Shown: one piece after another, positions 11,053 through 23,243 of the stretch | How the letters are laid out: each line of letters opens with the position of its first letter | Position numbering within the stretch: the stretch's first letter is position 1 | Source of the DNA: Anthoceros angustus | Lineage: Eukaryota; Plantae; Anthocerotophyta | Direction: 5' to 3' | DNA length: 64,000 bases | Assembly (NCBI GenBank): GCA_010909165.1 | Contig: MU008178.1 | Span: forward strand, 446,369 to 510,368 | Notes under the pieces: generated by a model | Databases searched by the model: none | Told to the model about the DNA's origin: nothing | The model's input: the letters and a program-made list of their open reading frames with translations, nothing else | Made by a program: the position numbers and the translations under genes

Positions 11053-14000
11053 TAGTGCATAACTCCCGGGGGTATGTACGCTTACCTCGCTTCCAGGGTT
11101 ATGGACATACCCACACCATACGCTACATGCACGCTTACCTCGCTTCCAGGGTTAACCGCAATCGGATTCTTCCGGGAGTTATGCACTACGGCCTCGAATG
11201 CTGCGGCGCCTCCCCCCTGCCGCTAGTTCCCCGCGATTCCGCCACTCGCTTCCACCCTTCTCACTTGTTCCCGGATTTTCCCCACACGCACACACAATCC
11301 CTCACCACACACACTCAACTCCCCTCTCTTTGGGCCACACAGACCCCCTCTCGGGCCACACAGACCCCCTCTCGGGCCACACACCCCTCTTCCCTCTTGG
11401 AATACACACTGGCCTTGGTTGGGAAGGAAGCGGGAAGAAAATCGGTGATGCTTGGCGATTCGCCTTCCGGCGGTTCCTCGGCCTCCGGCAATTCCTACCT
11501 CTTTTCGGCGTGCTTACCCCACCCAGGCGTGGAGCTTGGCCACTCCGCTCGACCATCCGAGGATCTTCCGGCCTTCTTGTAGCGAGGCGGTGCATCGAGC
11601 AGTTTGATCTTGATCGACGTCTCCAACCTCGCGCATAGCTTCAACCGGAAGTTCACACGAAATTGTACGGTAAGAGACAAGGGTCTCTTATACATCGTGG
11701 ATCTGACTCACTCCTCCCGATTCTAGAATATGGCCCACTACCACGGCGCTCTACCTTCACGACTTCTGACTGCGGTCCTCAAACATCCTATCCTCTAACG
11801 AAAAGAAACCCGGCCTGATGTCGCTCCTCTAAAATCAGCGTGCGTCATGATTCTTTGCCTAACCACGCCGGTGGGGTTCCCTCGCTCTCGCTCTCCGCCT
11901 CGATCCGGCGATTCTCCCCAAAACCTCCACCTCCCCACCACTGCGGTTTCTTGGCGTCTTCCATGGGCGTCGTCTATAGGCCCTATGCATTATTCCGCTC
12001 CTCATGTTGGACACCACAGTGTGCTCCTCCCTCCACGCCACCCCGCTCATTTCCTCGATCACCACTTGGGGTAGGCCCCGCTCCCGTTCGGAAGAACCAG
12101 CAGTAGCGCGTGGCGGTCAAGATGTCGACCAATAGTTTACGCCCCTCTGTCCCAACAACCACATACACATTTAGAGTGAGCACAGCTCACCATGCGACGA
12201 AGCAGGACATGAGCATCCTCATCCAGGCCGTAACTGTCGCTCTTACTACAGGTTCTTACCTCTCCTCCGTGGACAATCCAGGCTGCCTTGGAATCCGGGG
12301 ATCGTATCCCACTGCGGCGCTCACAGTGACTTCCCCACCTCGGTTCCTCCTTGCGGCGGTGGCGGTTTAGCCACCGTGGTGGTAGTTCCCCGGTGGTGGC
12401 TTGACTCTGCGGTTCTGGCTCTGCCCTTCTTGGTTTGGCCACCTCTCTCTTGACTCGGCCCTAGCTTCATCTCTCTCGCTTGTATCTCTCCTTGACTTCT
12501 TGAATTTCTCGGGCGCCATTGTTTCCATTGTTCACAGGCTCATGAGACCTCATCTTGAAGCTCCTCAATTGTGGCATCGCCCCTTGACTGATTCACTAAG
12601 GCCTCTGTTGGGTGGACATGGCCTTATTGCTCACATGCCTTGCATAGGGCCGCCTCGCATTCCGTCTGCGCTCCTCGCCACCTTGTTCTCGCCTTCGGGC
12701 TCTCCAACTTCTCCTTGAGCAACTTTTCCTGTTGGCCTGCACACTCGGCCGGTGAGAGCCATGGTGCACAGTCGAGGAGATCGCTGCGTCGAGCCATGGC
12801 AAGTCGGGGCTGATTCGATTGGGCTGCCCGTGCCCATTCCCTCCACAACAATTCTACGCCGGTGTCACTGTCTCCACTTGATAGGACGGGTCGGTGAAAT
12901 GTCGCCAAAAATGTTCGGAGCTCGTCGCGGACTTGGCTCGAAACTAACCCCTCTTCTTCTAGGGGTTGGTTTGCCACTACTTCCTCATCGCTCCAATCTC
13001 TCCTAGCGGCGACTCCTCCCCACACAGGGGGAACAACTTGTCGTTCCCTTTTATTTTCTCCTCCTTCACCGCGTTCCTGCTGGGATTTCGACTGGTGACC
13101 CTAGGTGTGGCTGTGGGTTCCTCTTCTGCCGGTTGTCCTTCCCTTCTTGGCAGAGCCGTCGTAGCCCTCGCTTCTTGCCCTTGGAAACCTCCCACCTTCA
13201 TCCAAGATCTTCTAGGGGCGCATTCCCAGCTTGGAATCCCGGAATCCTCCTTACACTCCTCCTCCTCTACCTTGAGTTCCCTGACCGGTTTCCAGCTATG
13301 AAGGGCAGACACAGCTTCCAACTCCGTTAGACACCCGGAATGCGCGAATACATGAATTAGAAAAGGTGAAATCAAGGAGGGCCGAGGGGAAGGGGAGAGC
13401 AAATTCGCCCTCTCCTCACAGGCTCTTTCAAAGATCATCCGCCCCCAATCGATTTGTGTACCTTTAACCACCTCATGAAGAAAGAAGTAGTGGTACGCCA
13501 TATGATCAACTTAGGTTCTGAAACACAAAATCCACTTGGCTAATCCCACCACCAGCATACACGAGTTGGCGAGTCACCCATCCATTATTCACCCTCACTT
13601 CTCCAGGCTTCATGGCGCGGCTGCGGCTCTCGGGGTCTTCTTTCTCGGGGTCAATTACCAAGCTTCCATCCTCGATGCTTCTCGCCCATACCTTGCTCGA
13701 AAGAGCCCCAAATCCAGTTTGCGGCCTCTTCCTCGCGTCTCCCTCTTGCAACTTGGTTCTCAATTGCAGGCGCACTCTTGCACCAATCTTTGGGCGTAAC
13801 ACCATTTCTTCTCCATAAATTCCGGACCCGGCTCTGCACGGTGCCGCTCTCACCTTCCGGTGGTCCATGTTGGGCCTTTGCATGAGTAAATTTCGGCCCT
13901 GACTCGGGCGCCATCTCCCTTTCTCCTTGTTTCTGAGAAAAGAACCCACTGCACCGTGAGAAAAAGGAACACCACCCTGCACGTCTCCTCCACTCCCCTT

Positions 14001-15345
14001 GGCGCTCTTGCCTCAGCGCCTCTTTTCCTCCTTCGCTACTTGCCAGCGCCGGTTTCCTTCCTCGCCACCGCCGTTCGGCGGCGCCTCTACCTTGAGTTCA
14101 CGGCGGTTTCCGGCTATGAAGGCGGACCACGACAACTCCGTTAGACACCGGAATCGCGAACACATGAATTAGAAAAGGTGAAATCAAGGAGGGGAAACAA
14201 ATTCGCCTCTCCTCACAGGCTCTTTCAAAGATCATCCGCCCCAATCGATTTGTACCTTTAACCACCTCATGAAGAAAGACCGAGAGTGGTACGCCATATG
14301 ATCAACTTAGGTTACGAAACACAAAATCCACTTGGCTAATCCCACGGTGCCTTGAACCACGAGTTGGCGAGTCACCCATCCATTGTTCACCCTCACTTCT
14401 CCGGGCTTCATGGCGCGGCGGCTGCGGCTCTCGGGGTCTTCTTTCTCGGGGTCAATTACCAAGCTTCCATCCTCGATGCTTCTCGCCCTTTGCTTTGAAA
14501 GAGCCCCAAATCCAGTTTTGCGGCCTCTTCCTCGCGTGCCCTCTTGCAACTTGGTTCTCAATTGCGCACTCTTGCACCAATCTTTCATCGTAACACCATT
14601 TCTTCTCCATAAATTCCGGACCCGGCTCCACGCAGCGCTCTCACCTTCCGATGGTCCATGTTGGGCCTTTGCATGAGTAAATTTCGGCTGACTCGGGCGC
14701 CATCTCCCTTTCTCCTTGTTTCTGAGAAAAAGCTGACCCACTGCGAGTCGAGAAAAAGGAACACCACCACCCGCGTCTCCTCCACTCCCTTTGCTGGCGC
14801 TCTTGCCTCAGCGCCTCTTTTCCTCCTTAATCGCCAGCTGGTTTCCTTCCTCCGCCGCCCGTTCCGGCCGCGTCGCCTCCACCTGCCGCAGTGAGCGAGA
14901 CTCGGCCCGGCGCGGTTGCATCGTGGCGGCTGCGGCTCGCTCGGCGTCACGGCGAATTCGCGACCTCGCGGTCTTTGGGTGTGTCGTCTCGATTTCATTT
15001 GTGGCGGCCCGCTCGCCACTAGGGTTGTAAACTCCCCACAGTGCATCGTCCGTTCTTGACCACCGTGGTGGGCAGCCACCTCCCCACTTGGCTGCAGCGT
15101 GGCAGATGTAGGCACCTAACATATATAGACACTTTCTTATTTCTAAAATCCAAAACCCAAGGACTCTATCTTGAGCCTACCTGTCAGGAATTGAAAACCT
15201 AAGGTTCAAAAAAAAATTATTATCCCAAGGGCCAAGGACCATTCGTATAAAAGACCTTACCGGCGATTCTCAAAGCACTTTGCCAAACAAACACACTCAA
15301 AACAAAAAAAATCGTTCATCCCGACACTTCAGAGAGGGGTTAGTG
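11053..15345. mobile_element. Pol-less retroelement-like unit E: LTR-like left part (~11053-11743) and a minus-strand ORF related to family D
   Basis: TAGTG...CACTAC candidate LTR ends, CA/CT-rich tract, IDWGRMIF...SLISPFLIHVFAH ORF; abuts the truncated Copia RT at ~15345. Confidence 0.55.
12977..14880 (-). pseudogene. Putative retrotransposon accessory protein, with the domain tandemly duplicated (~820-bp period)
   Basis: YFFLHEVVKGTQIDWGRMIFERACEE...PSLISPFLIHVFAHSGCL; CTCTACCTTGAGTTC at ~13265 and ~14085 marks the two copies. Confidence 0.6.
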
Positions 15346-16196
15346 TACATGTGGTCTTCCACATTGACCAATTCAACATTATTGCCTGGAATAACTAAGT
15401 CATCCACATATCGGGCAACAAGTACAAGTGAGCTATCATGACGAAGTACATAGATGTTAGTATCTACTTCACTTTGGACGAACCCCAACTTCTTGAGATA
15501 AGAATCCATTCTCTCGTACCATAAGCGTGGGCTTTGCTTAAGTCCATATATTGAGCGGAGTAGTTTACACACCTTGTGAGGGAATTTCTTATCTTCATAA
15601 TCCTCCTGTTGATCCATGTAGATCTCCTCTTTAAGGTGATCATAAAGAAAGGTCAGACGCTCGATAAATTTCCAAGTTAAGCTCAAGACATAAAGCTAGA
15701 AGCATTCTTACTACAGTTTTGACGACGGGGTGAGTAAACTTTGTCGCCTTGGTAATCCACTCCCTCTTTTCGACTATACCCCTTAGCCACCAATCTCGCC
15801 TTGTGGCGGATCGAGTCTCAACCTCCGAACTTAGTTTTGAGAACCCACTTGCATTTATCAGCTTGTCCCGCCTTGGGCGATTGACGAGTCCATGTTGTTT
15901 TTAATAAGTGAATTATATTCATCATCAACGGCAAACTTCCACTTAGCTGCATCAGGTCGTGAGTATGCCTTCTGCAGAGTGAGATGGATCTCCCTCTGAA
16001 AGAGCAGCACTAAAAGCATCAAAGTGACCTTCAGAAGTGGTAGTATAGCCGGCTTGATTGAACTCCAAGTCGAAGGGTATTTCATTCCATAGGTGACGAG
16101 GTTGTCGCTGACGCAAGGGATACCTACGCTCAGGAACAGGGTCGGGGCTTGGTGGGGAATGTGGAGATACCGGTGTCTCTGATGCTTGAGTCTCAA
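15345..16196 (-). pseudogene. Copia reverse transcriptase fragment (element C), truncated after YVDD
   Basis: WKFAVDDEYNSL, HKARLVAKGY, VCKLLRSIYGLKQSPRLWY, YVDDLVI. Confidence 0.93.
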
Positions 16197-19100
16197 TGTG
16201 GCACGCCTTTTCACGACTCACCGTGCGCATAATCGTGTCTGTAGCAAGGGTCCGTTCCCAAGAGAATGATAGGCTCCGTTGGCACGTTTTGACCGATTCT
16301 TACCCCCGTCATGACTGCTCAGACCGGAAAGGTACTCTGCCTACCACCAACCACTTAACGCTCACCGAACAGCCCTTGTGGCCAACCGCTTAAGGACTTC
16401 GTTTGCGTCAGTCTGCATCGATCCCCGCCTCGCCCTTCTAGTCCGCTCTTCTCACCCCTCTCAATACACTCATCGCTTCTTGAAAAGAGTGGGTGGGCTG
16501 CGTGGTTTGACCTCCGCTGCTCCGGGCCGCCTCCCCGGGCTCTTCACGCCCTTCCTGAGTTCCCCACCACGCTGCTCCGGCCCGTCTGACGTCGGGCCGC
16601 CTCCGACGAGCAAGGGGTCCCGATCGTCACCCCGCACACACCACCACACATTAGGGTCCGTCACCGTGGACCTTGATCGATGCCTTGGCCGTGCCGCCGC
16701 TGACTCAGACTCACGCTAACAAAAGACGCGCAAGGGTCTACAAGGAAACGCCAGTATCCACCCCAAGAGAAAGATGCTTTACTAGAGCAGCCTCGCCTTA
16801 TACTACGCCCAAGGGCGGCCTTTACTACACTCTATTCGAGCCGGGTGGCCACACAGCTGCCGCCTACTATTTCCTTCCCAACTACTTATCTATATGTCGC
16901 TTGGTGGGGTGGGAGTGCCCTTGGTTGCCTCAACTCGTGGCCCAATCCCTCATAGTTGCAGGCGCCCCAGACGGATGATCCATGAGGCGGGCCCTTCCCT
17001 TCCCGAGACTCTGTTGGGCCAATGGCGGCGACAACCAGCGGTCACTACCAAATCCTCCTCACCTTCCTCTCTTGCCTCGCTGGTGGGTCCTTGCTCTGTG
17101 GGCCCCCCAAGAGGTTGCTCCTGCTGAGCAGGTCGGTGATGACTCCTCCTTGCCTCCTGAGTCTGGACCTCGGGGTCTAGTCTCGATTCGGGCGTCCGGA
17201 CCTCAGGGTCCGGCCTTGCTTCTGGAGTCCGGACCTCGGGGTCCGGTCTCGACTGGGGTCAGACCTCGTGGTCCCCTGCTGAGTCCGGACCTCGGTCCGG
17301 CCTCGACTTCTTCGCCTCGTGGATTTCCCGGGGGTCCATCCTCTTTTACCGGACCTCCACGTTGTCCCAAGTCCTCCAGGACTTCTCCCTCTATGGCCCT
17401 CACGGAGCGCCCCTCCCTTTCTTCAGAAGTGGTGCGAAGACTTCTCAGCTCAGTGGCGGCCCCGCCATGTCCTGCTCCTCCATGTGATCCCCTTCCCCAC
17501 TGCTGCTGTCATCGCTAAAGCCGCCTCCCGGGTCAGCCGGCCTTCATCTCCTCCTCCCTCGGATCCTTCTCGAGGTCCGTCAGTTGACCGTGGTTGACGA
17601 CTCTGCAGAGCTTTGAGGAGTTCGAGGGTAGAAGGCAAAGTCCAGTTGACTTGTTGGATTGCTCCTCCACGTGCCGAGCACCTTATACCCCTTCGCTGAG
17701 AGGTGCTCCGGCACCGGTGCTGCCCGCTTGTTGGCTCCCTGCTGACTGCCACCCCAAGTCGGGCAATCCCGTGAGGCCACCAAGGAGGCCTCCGCCACCT
17801 CGCAGCCTCCGCCGCCTCCTCCCGCCCACCTCCTCCGTGTTGTAGCTCACCAAATTAGTCGGCCATGGAGCTACGCTCTCCTCCTTCCGCAACCTGGACA
17901 AGCTCGCTCCTCTCGTAGCCCTCTCCCTCCGTCCATCTTTGCCTCGGAGGTCTGCATCTCCTCCTCCTCCTCCTCCGCCTTTGCCTCGACTTCCCCTGCC
18001 TCCTTCTCCAACTCGATGTTCAACTCCGGATCGCCGCCAACTTTCCTCCTCCGCCCTCAAATAGAGCCGGAGCTTATCTCCCGCCATGGTCCGCGATCAC
18101 CTCGAGGGCTCCATGTCATTAACCGTGTCTTGAGTCAGAGCCCAAGGTTTCCTTGCGTCCTCCATTTCCCGCCGACGCCTCCGCTTTCCCCGTAGCTGGG
18201 TCCGAGATCCTCCATCTCTTGCTGTCGGCCTCCTTCTCTCCACCTGCCACCTGCGCTCGCTGCTGCGGGCGGTTTGCTCGGCTTAGATTGGCCGCGGCCT
18301 CGCTTCCTCCACTCTGCCTGCCTCTCCGTAGTGGTCCTCGTCTGCTGCCATGGACGTCAGACCGCCTTCACCGAGCCTCCCAGCTTGGTGTCATATTACC
18401 GAGCCGAGCCGCTGTGTCCCGGCCCTTTCTCGTCGGCCTTCTCTCCAGCCTCCTTGTGAACAGCCTCCGCTTGCAAAGGTCCTCCGCCTTTGCCTCACCT
18501 CAGGTTCGCTTTAGCTGCTTGCACTTTCAGATCTTAGTCCGATCCTATTGACCCAGACCCCATCCTCCCCTTCGCCGGCGCTTCTTCCTCTATCCCGCAA
18601 GGGACTCCGCCTTCCCGCCGCCTGGGCCGCCTCCACCCGACCCTGGAGCTCCACCATCCGTCGTGGCCTCCCACTGTGGGTCTTCCGCCATTCCGTGCAG
18701 ACTCAAGCATCCATCCATGATTTGCCAGTTTCCGCTGGTGGTGTTTCTTCCAGCCATCGGGAGGCACTCCAAGAAGTCCAGTAGGTGCTTTGATCTCCTA
18801 CCGGTCAGTGGACCGCCACATCGCAGCTCGGCTTAGGTCGGGATTCACGCCTCGGACTCAATCAGACCTCAGGTCCCGAGTGTTTTCGAGTCCACCTCTA
18901 CTTTGGCCCTCACGGCTCCTTCTCCGCCTTCTCACGCTTGGGGCTCCTGAGGTGGCAGGGAGTCGAACTCGGCCTCTTGCCCCTCCCGGGGCTGCATCTG
19001 CCGGTGGGGCCGCTGCTGCCTCCCGGCCTCGGCAAGGTCTCACTTTCGCCCGCACGGCTCCCTCGCCACTGCCATGGTAACAGGCGTCTCATGCCTGGTA

Positions 19101-21720
19101 GGCGCTCGCCTTTCCGCCTTTTCGCCTGGCCCAATCCCGGCGAGGTTCCGTGAACCCGGCCAGAGGTTGCCGGCCTGGCGCGCCACACCGCCTGCCTCTT
19201 CCCGTGGCTACCTCCTCCCGGCAGGTGTTCCGGAGAGGAATTCAAGAGGAGGGAGAAGGAATGTCTTCCACACCTCCACAGGTGGCGAGGGTCCGTCGCA
19301 GACGAGTGGAGTTCAAATTTCCAACAAGTTCTCCTCCTGGACTATCGGCCCGCCTACCAGACCCGCCTGCGTTCTTCCTTTCCCGCCTGTAGAGGATCCT
19401 CCGTAGCCGCCTCCTCTTCCTCCTCAGAGGTTCATGCCTCCACATGGATGATGAATGGCGACACGCCCGGGGTGGCTTCACTTCTCGGCCCGCCTGGTTG
19501 ATTCTCGAGCGAAGATGATCCGCACTTAGTTTGCTTCCCTTCAGGGTCGTGGAGGAACACCCAAGAGATTATCCCAAGGTGGTCCACCTTGTGAGTATAT
19601 ATTCCAGGACGATGGATTCTCACATCGGTGTACCCTCCGCCCAGTGAGGTCCTATGACCACCCGCGAGTGATCCGTGCCTGTCGCAAGAGGGCCGCCTGC
19701 CGCCTCCCACCTTCCCTTCACCTCTGTGGGCCCTTAACCTAACTTCCTCATTTCGGGCGATTGTACAGGCCGCCTCGGACCTCCACGGCGGTCCACCTCC
19801 CCAGGGTCCTCCGCAGTTCTTGGAGCGGACCTCCTTGTTGGCCGCCAGCATCTCTTCCTGCATACTCCCAGACTGTTGGGCGGCCAGTGACACAGGAGGT
19901 CCAGATAAACCTTGGAAAATATCCAGTGCCATTCCTTCACCGCCTCCTCCGCTTCTGCCACTCCTTGGTGAGGCGAAACCAGTGCCGGGCGTTCGTTGGT
20001 AAGTGTCTTCATACCGCTTCATAATCCGAGGTTCACCAGCCGTCGTGAGGCTCGCCTTGGCGTCGCGCGTCTCTTCACTGGCTACCTCACACCCTCTGCG
20101 CGGTGTTCCGGTAGAGGAACCAAGAGAGGGAGGCGGGGAATGTCTTCCACACCTCCACAGGTGGCGAGGGTCCGTTCAGGGCGTATGGAGTCAAAATCCT
20201 CCAGTCGTCCTCCTCCCGGACTCACTTGGTCCGGGCCGGACGGACCTCGGCCTCCTGCGTTCTTCCTTCTCGCTCTGCCTCTGGTAGGGCGGCCATCCCC
20301 TTCCGTAGCGCTCGCTCCTCTTCCCCCTCCTTCAGGAGGTTCATGTGCCTCCACACATGGATGATGAATGGCGACAACGCCAACGGGGGTGGCTTCTCAC
20401 TTCTCAGTTTCCGGGCCTCCTGGTTGATTCGGGCGAAGATGATCCCGCCCTAGTCGGCGCGTTTTCCCTTCTGTAGGTCGTGGAGGAACACCGGTGATTA
20501 TCTGGGTGGTCCACCTTGGTGACATATTCCGATGGGCGATGATCTTACGCCCGGTTGTACCTCATCCCGGAGGTCAGGCATCGACCACCCGTTGGAGGAT
20601 CGTTGCGTTGGTGGCAAGAGGGCATACGGCGCGCTCCACCTTCCCCTTCACCTTGAGCTCGAACCACTCCCCCTACTTCCTCGGGCGTTGCAGACGCCTC
20701 GGACCTCCACGGTCCACCTCACAGGGTCCTCCTAGGTTCTTGGAGCGAGACCTCCTTGCTGGCCGCATCTTCCTGCATACTCCCAGACTAAGGCGGCCCG
20801 TCAGGTCCAGCATGGAAAATATCCAGTGCCATTCCTTCACCGCCTCCTCCGCCTCCTCCAGCCCAAGGACCGAAGTCCCGTAGCGCTGGTGACGATGTTG
20901 CTCCACCAAGCGCCATGGCCCACACCTCCGCCGCTTGGGTCCCATCACGCGTTCCTCTTGTTCATGCTAGCTTAACAACTTTGATCTTGTTCCTCGCCAT
21001 CGCGCGTGATCGCTCCAACCACAAGGACGAGCCACAAGGGTGCTCAAAGGCTCAAAAGACAACGCCAGAGCCGGGTGTCGGCGCAGAGAGATCGAGAACG
21101 CCACGAGGTTGTTTTGAAGAATGACCTCCGGCCCTCCGCTGAGAGTAACTGCCGCTACGGCCAGGCTCCACCCAGTAATCGCCGAGGCCCCGCATGGCTT
21201 ACCGCACCACGCCTGCTATCGCCTTACGCCGCTGCGATAGCCTCTACGCCTACCGCATTGTGAGCGTGAATACCTCGCCATAATCTGCCCACTTGCAACC
21301 CTCTGGCCCTAGTCTGCGATGCCCGTCCACCTCTCAAGATCACACGCAGTGGCTCCCTCTATCTAAAATACGCCACTCTAAGTTACTTTACGTGCATTCC
21401 ATCCTTAGGGTCCTGAGTGTAGTCCGGGACTTACTCCTCCGCACTCCAGTGCAGTCTGCCCCCTCCGCAGAGTGTGGTCCGTAGTTCTCCAAAGTGTGCT
21501 GAGTCCGCCACCTGAGTTCTTCCGCACACCAAAGTCTGCCACCCGAGTCCTTGACCTACTCCGAGTGCAGTACTCGGGACTTATTTCTTCTTTCACTTTA
21601 TTTTCCACCTCAGGCGCCTCTGAAAAAACAAAACCTAACCTTTTCCTACCCTGTGAGAGTCGCGGTCCACACTCAAGAACACCAAAGGAGCCATCCTCAT
21701 TTTCTAGTGGTTCATCCATG
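16197..21720 (-). mobile_element. Family-D unit inserted in the IN-RT linker of Copia C; candidate LTR 16197-16853; long frameshifted ORF with doubled domain
   Basis: TGTGGCAC...GTGGCCACA candidate LTR ends; homologous to 1-4950; internal duplication marked by AATGTCTTCCACACCTCCACAGGTGGCGAGGGTCCG at ~19260 and ~20139. No TSD found. Confidence 0.65.
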
Positions 21721-21759
21721 GGCAACCCTATATTTGTCTTACCTCCTCCGAGCAACTAT

Positions 21760-22365
21760 AAGGAACAGAGGCTTGAGGTGAAGAAGCCAAAGGCGGAGTA
21801 GGAACAGAACTAGAAACAGGGACACCTGAGTCAACAAAAAAGTGAAGGGTTGAGTATGTAACTCAAAGTGAATGTCACCAGGCCATCGAGGGCTACGAGA
21901 GCCGGAGGTAGAAGCACCTTGTGGGGCAGGACCAGGAGCTGAAGAAACAGGTCCAAGATGTTCTAGCCGTGACTCATCAAAGGTGGCGGTGCATATGTGC
22001 AGCAGTGTGGGTATTCAAGGTCCACCTTGTATGCCGCGATCCTCGCCATAGCCCACGAATACCAACTTACGAACGGCGAGAGCCTTCGTCTTGAGAAGGG
22101 ATAAGGAGGCGTGGCGGGGCATCAAAGATACGAAGATGAGAGATAAGGGGTTTACTCCCATGCCAGCACTCATAAGAGTCCGCCGCAGCGGACTTGAAAG
22201 CACCATTTCGATATAAGCGTGTTGGATCCAGCCCAGAAGGACTTAGGAAATTGGGATTGAGCGAGCATAGCTCGCGCCATGGCCAAAAGATCACCATTGG
22301 CTTTTTTCGCAACTCCATTCTGCTGGGAGGTATAGGGAATCGTAAACTGACGAAGGATCCCCCAG
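21760..22365 (-). pseudogene. Copia integrase C-terminal fragment (element C)
   Basis: GILRQFTIPYTSQQNGVAKK, ARAML...FW, WHGSKPLISHLRIF, LVFVGY. Confidence 0.9.
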
Positions 22366-22369
22366 CAGG

Positions 22370-22878
22370 GGCTCAGAGAGCCCAAAATCAAGTTCAGTGT
22401 TAATGTGATTCACAGAATCAAAAGTGGATTCGATTTGGCGAACCGTTTCAGCAACAGAAACCAAATTGGTGTTGATTTGTGTGATTGAATGCCACAGAGC
22501 TTGATATTGTTGAGTACGTTGCTCCTGTGCTGTAGCTCTTGCTTGTGCCTCAACAAGTTTGTACTCCTTGTAGGCTGTCTCCAGATTCTCGAAAACAAGA
22601 GTGAGTGCCTCCTGCTTGATCTCAGATGTCACACCTTGAAGATCATCAGCTTGTACAAAGACTTGTGGTGGTAGCACACAGCGCATAGCAAGTAGTCTCC
22701 GTCGTGGATGAAAGCTCGGATCACCACCAAAAGCAACGAATTGTGGTACTAGTGGCAGGGGCTCAGCACACAAGGTTAGCTTGCAAGGTGTTACTTCATA
22801 AAGCAAAGTGCTTGAACCTGTAACGTGGCCGAGAAATTGAGCTTGGGGAGAGCACGTGGGGATCCTTTGTCGAGCCAC
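22370..22878 (-). CDS. Accessory coiled-coil ORF inside Copia C, joined directly to the integrase fragment
   Basis: About 170 open codons with a heptad-like segment ENLETAYKEYKLVEAQARATAQEQRTQQYQALW; no gag motifs; start codon uncertain. Confidence 0.4.
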
Positions 22879-22889
22879 GAGCAGGCACG

Positions 22890-23243
22890 GCGTGATTGAG
22901 GAGAAATCGCGGCCGTGAGTGAGTCACGAAGCCCGTGAGTGAGTCCACGGCGAGTGAGGAGTCACAGCCGGCAGTGAGGAGTCACGGCGGTGAGTGAGAG
23001 TCACGACCGGCGAGTGAGGAGTCACGGCCGGCGGTAATCACGACCGTGAGTGAGGAGTCACGACCGGCGAAGTGAGTCACAGCCGTAGTGAGGGAAATCA
23101 CAGCAAAGTGAGTAATCCACGGCCGAGTGAGGAGTCACGCAGCCGAGTGAGGAGTCACGACCGTAGCGGAGAGCCGGCAGTGGTAGTCAGCCGTGAGAGT
23201 CACGACGGCCGTGATGGCGTCACGCCATGAGTGAGGAGTCACA
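22890..23243. repeat. Minisatellite of about 17 palindromic ~20-bp units (core GTGAGGAGTCAC)
   Basis: GTGAGGAGTCAC recurs at ~22954, 22974, 23014, 23050, 23126, 23147 and 23231, with variants between. Confidence 0.9.

Noticed and set aside
22890-23243. Palindromic repeat array as CRISPR
   Set aside because: Units are nearly contiguous, without unique 25-40-nt spacers.
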